NCBI GenBank assembly: GCA_965371715.1
Contig: CBDUZN010000001.1
Span: 1 to 47,976, forward strand
DNA: 47,976 bases
Reading direction: 5' to 3'
Origin: an uncultured bacterium
GTDB taxonomy: Bacteria; Hydrothermota; 32-111
Positions 44,801 to 47,976 of this stretch are shown in pieces. The notes under the pieces are model-generated. The model ran no database searches. It had not been told where the DNA came from and saw nothing but the letters and a program-made list of their open reading frames with translations. Numbering within the stretch: the first letter of the stretch is position 1; each line of letters opens with the position of its first letter. Both the position numbers and the translations under genes were made by a program.

Positions 44801-45002
44801 CTAATTTTCCATCTCTGAAATCATTTATTGAAGCAGCCATTGGATCAGTTCTTTTTACACCATCAGGAGGAGTAATATCACCCTTTATGAAATATGTGTA
44901 ATTTTCTTCATGATACTTCTTTGCGCGCTTTGCAATAAGTACACAAGCAAGATACTTGTTTTTCGACCTTTTATAAATCTCCTCAATTGATAAAAAATCC
45001 AT
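44775..45002 (-). CDS. rpoZ: DNA-directed RNA polymerase subunit omega
   Basis: KNKYLACVLIAKRAKKY core. Conserved gmk-rpoZ-coaBC synteny. Confidence 0.85.
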   Translation of the reverse strand: MDFLSIEEIYKRSKNKYLACVLIAKRAKKYHEENYTYFIKGDITPPDGVKRTDPMAASINDFRDGKLDDKIKDNE

Positions 45003-45566
45003 TTATATCCTCCTTTTATTAATTACAATATTTTCAATCTCTTTATATGTTGATCTTATTTCATTGTTTTCAACGATAAATTCAAATTCTCTTACAAAAC
45101 TCATCTCTTGTTCCGCATTCTTAAGTCTCTTTTTAATTACCTCATCATTGTCAGTACCCCTTTCCTTAAGTCGCTTCCTCAAAATCTCCATTGATGGAGG
45201 TACAATAAAAAGCATTAATGCATTTGGATAACTTTTCTTTATTTCCATTGCTCCCTGTACATCAATATCCATTAATATATCATTGTTTCTCTTCAAAGCA
45301 TTATCAATGTTTTCCTTTGGTGTTCCATACCAATAGTCATGAACAAAGGCATATTCAGCAAAATAATTTTCATTTTTTTTAATAATAAATTCTTTTTCAG
45401 ATATGAAATGATAATTTTTTCCTTCAGTTTCATTATTTCTTATTGGTCTTGTTGTTGCTGAAATGGAATATTCAATATTATCAAGTTGTTTTTTTAGCAT
45501 TTTACATAATGTTGTTTTTCCTCCACCTGAAGGAGAGGTTACAACAATAACAAAATTATTCCACAT
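45003..45566 (-). CDS. gmk: Guanylate kinase
   Basis: P-loop SPSGGGKTT, SATTRPIRNNETEGKNYHF, and YGTP. Confidence 0.93.
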   Translation of the reverse strand: MWNNFVIVVTSPSGGGKTTLCKMLKKQLDNIEYSISATTRPIRNNETEGKNYHFISEKEFIIKKNENYFAEYAFVHDYWYGTPKENIDNALKRNNDILMDIDVQGAMEIKKSYPNALMLFIVPPSMEILRKRLKERGTDNDEVIKKRLKNAEQEMSFVREFEFIVENNEIRSTYKEIENIVINKRRI

Positions 45567-46368
45567 TCAATACCTGCTCTTTTAATTTTTCAATATTCTC
45601 TTTTATAGTAATTACTGAAGAAATGATTTTGATATCCTCTGATTTTGATCCAATTGTATTTGATTCTCTTAGCATTTCCTGCAAAACAAAATTCATTGAT
45701 GAACCACTTTTAATTGATTTTAGTTTTCCAATATGTGATTTTAATCTTGATAATTCCTCGGATATATCCATTTTATCAGCATAAATCAGAATATTTTCTA
45801 ATATAAGTGATTCATTCTTTTTGATCAATGTTCGTAATTTTTGTTCTTTCCTTTTAACACATTTTTTTGAATTCTTAATAATTATCAATCTCTGTTGTTC
45901 AATGATCTTCAAATATTTACTAATTTCTACTGATATTTCCTTGCCCTCTGTTATACGCATTTTATTAAGATTGTTAATTATTAGATTTGAATTTGTTAGT
46001 ATTTGTTTTTCGGTTTTTTTCCCAATTATCATTTCAGGCATTAACATATCCATGTATTTTGTAACTATTAGATTCTGTAAATTGTTATCTGCCTTTAAAT
46101 CAAGATTCTTTATTCTTTTTATTATTTCCTTTATTGTACCGGAAATAAAAGAAGTAGTATAATCCGTTTTAATACCAAAATAAACATTTCCTCTTTTTAC
46201 TGTTTGTGAAATAATTTTTCTAAGACCTATTTCCAATTTTGATAATTCATATGGCAATTTTACATTAATATTCAGATTTTTACCATTAAGGGTTTTCATT
46301 TCCATAGTAATGTTTCCATAATTCTTTATAAAAAATGCTTTTTTAGCATAGCCAGTCATACTCTTCAT
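45556..46368 (-). CDS. yicC: YicC/YloC-family stress-induced protein
   Basis: N-terminal MKSMTGYA. C-terminal DISEELSRLKSH and QEMLRESNTIGSKS. Confidence 0.85.
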   Translation of the reverse strand: MKSMTGYAKKAFFIKNYGNITMEMKTLNGKNLNINVKLPYELSKLEIGLRKIISQTVKRGNVYFGIKTDYTTSFISGTIKEIIKRIKNLDLKADNNLQNLIVTKYMDMLMPEMIIGKKTEKQILTNSNLIINNLNKMRITEGKEISVEISKYLKIIEQQRLIIIKNSKKCVKRKEQKLRTLIKKNESLILENILIYADKMDISEELSRLKSHIGKLKSIKSGSSMNFVLQEMLRESNTIGSKSEDIKIISSVITIKENIEKLKEQVLNVE

Positions 46369-46369
46369 A

Positions 46370-46804
46370 TTAAAACTCCAATAAAAATGTTACAGGTCCA
46401 TCATTAATAAGAGCAATCTGCATGTAGGCACCGAATATCCCGCTCTGTGTTTTTACATACTTAGAAAATTTCATTAATAATTTATAAAATAGCATCTCCG
46501 CATCATCCTTATTCATACTTTCTTCAAATGACGGTCTTTTACCTTTTGAGAGAGATCCATAAAGCGTAAACTGCGATACCAAAAGAATTTTTCCTTTTAT
46601 ATCCACAATACTATTATTCATTTTTCCTTCATTATCCTCAAATACTCTCATGCCAATTATTTTATTAACTGCCTTTTCTATCTTATTTTCATTATCATTA
46701 TGAGTAAAGCCTACAAAAATCAGTAATCCTTTTCCTACCTTTGCTTTGATTTCACTTTCAATTGATACTGATGCTTTACTTATTCTCTGTATTAAAAGTT
46801 TCAT
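46370..46804 (-). CDS. dtd: D-aminoacyl-tRNA deacylase
   Basis: MKLLIQRISKASV start, SQFTLYG, NDGPVTF. I prefer the ATG at 46804, which has AAGGA 9 nt upstream, over the ORF-track start at 46828. Confidence 0.9.
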   Translation of the reverse strand: MKLLIQRISKASVSIESEIKAKVGKGLLIFVGFTHNDNENKIEKAVNKIIGMRVFEDNEGKMNNSIVDIKGKILLVSQFTLYGSLSKGKRPSFEESMNKDDAEMLFYKLLMKFSKYVKTQSGIFGAYMQIALINDGPVTFLLEF

Positions 46805-47369
46805 TATATCCATCCTTAAACCCTGCAATAAACCAATTTATATACTTATCAGAATGTGATGTTATCAGATTTCCGCTCCTTATTACATTATATGCAACAA
46901 AATCAATATCAGCATCTTTGTATTTTTCATAAATTCTGTCATTAAGCTGCATACTGATTTTTTCATCCTTCACAATACCTGATTCAAGTAACATTAATCC
47001 GGATAATCCAATAGTAGCAATTATACCGTCTTTTTCATTGATTTCCCTAATAATTTCCTGCATTTTTTCATTGCCGGATAATCGTAAGATACCACTTCCA
47101 CTCGTAATGATCATAAAATCTATATCCAAATCCATTGAATCTAATGAAGTAAATGGAACAATTTTCATACTATTATAACCAACACATGTATTATATTTGT
47201 CTGAAAGTATAAAAAATCTAATATTCTCTTTTTCAAGAAATTCAGATATTTTCACATATTGTACTTCATCAAAGTCCAATCCGGGTATAAATAAAGCACC
47301 AAGCGGCAATTCCTCCGCCTGAGTAAGATTAAATACCATTAATATACATAATACAATAATATATTTCAT
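46776..47369 (-). CDS. Exported DJ-1/PfpI-like (class I glutamine amidotransferase-like fold) protein, probably lacking the nucleophile Cys
   Basis: Signal peptide MKYIIVLCILMVFNLTQA. The GIIATIGLSGLMLLESGIV segment aligns by eye with the DJ-1 nucleophile-elbow region but has no Cys. Confidence 0.45.
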   Translation of the reverse strand: MKYIIVLCILMVFNLTQAEELPLGALFIPGLDFDEVQYVKISEFLEKENIRFFILSDKYNTCVGYNSMKIVPFTSLDSMDLDIDFMIITSGSGILRLSGNEKMQEIIREINEKDGIIATIGLSGLMLLESGIVKDEKISMQLNDRIYEKYKDADIDFVAYNVIRSGNLITSHSDKYINWFIAGFKDGYNETFNTENK

Positions 47370-47379
47370 AAGAAAATAT

Positions 47380-47407
47380 ATTATACGGACTTTATTAGAA
47401 TAGTCAA
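47380..47407 (-). promoter_or_regulatory. Candidate sigma70-type promoter (TTGACT, 16 nt spacer, TATAAT) for the long minus-strand gene array
   Basis: Minus strand reads TTGACT ATTCTAATAAAGTCCG TATAAT ATATTTTCTT ATG. The -10 ends only 10 nt before the ATG at 47369, and no SD is present. Confidence 0.4.
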
Positions 47408-47548
47408 GAATTCTTTATTCTTTAATTATTATATATATTTAAGGGGTTGACTTACCAAAAGTTCATCCTGAAAACTCTACCCGCTCTACCAATGAAGGAT
47501 CTCATATTTTATCTGTCTTTTCGAATACGCTCTTGCTGATGAGGCAAT

Positions 47549-47578
47549 AATCATTCCTGCGATTTACTCAGAATAACC
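47549..47578 (+). repeat. Degenerate copy of the loop-family/mosaic element
   Basis: ATCATTCCTGCGATTTACTCAGAATAACC. The ATCATTCCTGCGA part also occurs at 31524-31536. Confidence 0.55.
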
Positions 47579-47854
47579 TTGCCGGCATTCATTCTTATCA
47601 TTTTTATTAAACAATTTTTCTACTTTTTTTACCACCATTATCTGAAATTTCGTTCCCTATTTCCAATTTGGAAAATGTCCCAAGTTGTGTCATAAGTTTG
47701 TCGCAAGTTCATAATATTCCTTTTATATTAAAATAATATATTGTTTTTTTATTATATTGTGCTATTCATAGTAACCAAATATTTTTATTATTGGAAGTAT
47801 TTTTCTAATAAAACCTTGCTACAGTTTCAAGCCTATCAGGAGTTAATAAAGCAT

Positions 47855-47874
47855 CTACGGGCTCACGCCCGTAG
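47855..47874. other. GC-rich hairpin CTACGGGC-TCAC-GCCCGTAG
   Basis: 8-bp perfect stem with a 4-nt loop, read directly. A related ACTACGGG string occurs at 9781-9789. Confidence 0.6.
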
Positions 47875-47976
47875 TATTCTTGGCGTAATAAAACACCCCT
47901 GAAACCCTGTATTTATAAGGGTTTTAAGCCATGCTGATTGTATATTATTGTCGTGAGGATGTCACATAAGGATATT

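Overview
Visibly AT-rich bacterial chromosomal window using the standard genetic code, with diderm-type envelope genes. My lineage guess is an uncultivated FCB-superphylum or Cloacimonadota-like organism; I cannot verify this without a search. Most of the window is housekeeping. There is an origin-proximal-type block, rpmH-rnpA-yidD-yidC-jag-mnmE-rluD-topA (2411-9628, +). There is also a tightly packed 17-gene minus-strand array (47369 down to 31709): DJ-1-like, dtd, yicC, gmk, rpoZ, coaBC, udg, dnaB, mlaEFD-like, radA, recJ, pgeF, Na/Pi transporter, hisC-like, ptb. The middle is accessory-like. It holds an envelope operon (10042-13427, -) with one gene interrupted by an in-frame TAA, and a convergent tRNA-Arg(ACG)/tRNA-Ser(CGA) pair next to tadA. 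It also holds a pseudo-REC/REC/PPDK_N fusion protein, a lamin-tail-domain secreted protein and an orphan AmmeMemoRadiSam-type radical SAM enzyme. The most system-like element is a minor-pilin operon (FimT/GspH-, PilV-, PilW-, PilX-like; 24408-29247) with a giant 838-aa PilW-like and a 499-aa PilX-like subunit. It is followed by three translationally coupled unknown genes, ending in a FemAB/GNAT-like protein. The strongest non-coding signals are two. First, a dispersed hairpin repeat family with a conserved 11-nt loop (TCGAATTACTC-like) and covarying stems, embedded in mosaic intergenic elements at five loci. Second, an exact 141-bp tandem repeat that reiterates the 3-prime end of tRNA-Ser and keeps its internal hairpins through compensatory changes. 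No CRISPR array, transposase, integrase or recognisable defence gene was seen. All functional calls rest on motif recognition by eye, not on database searches.
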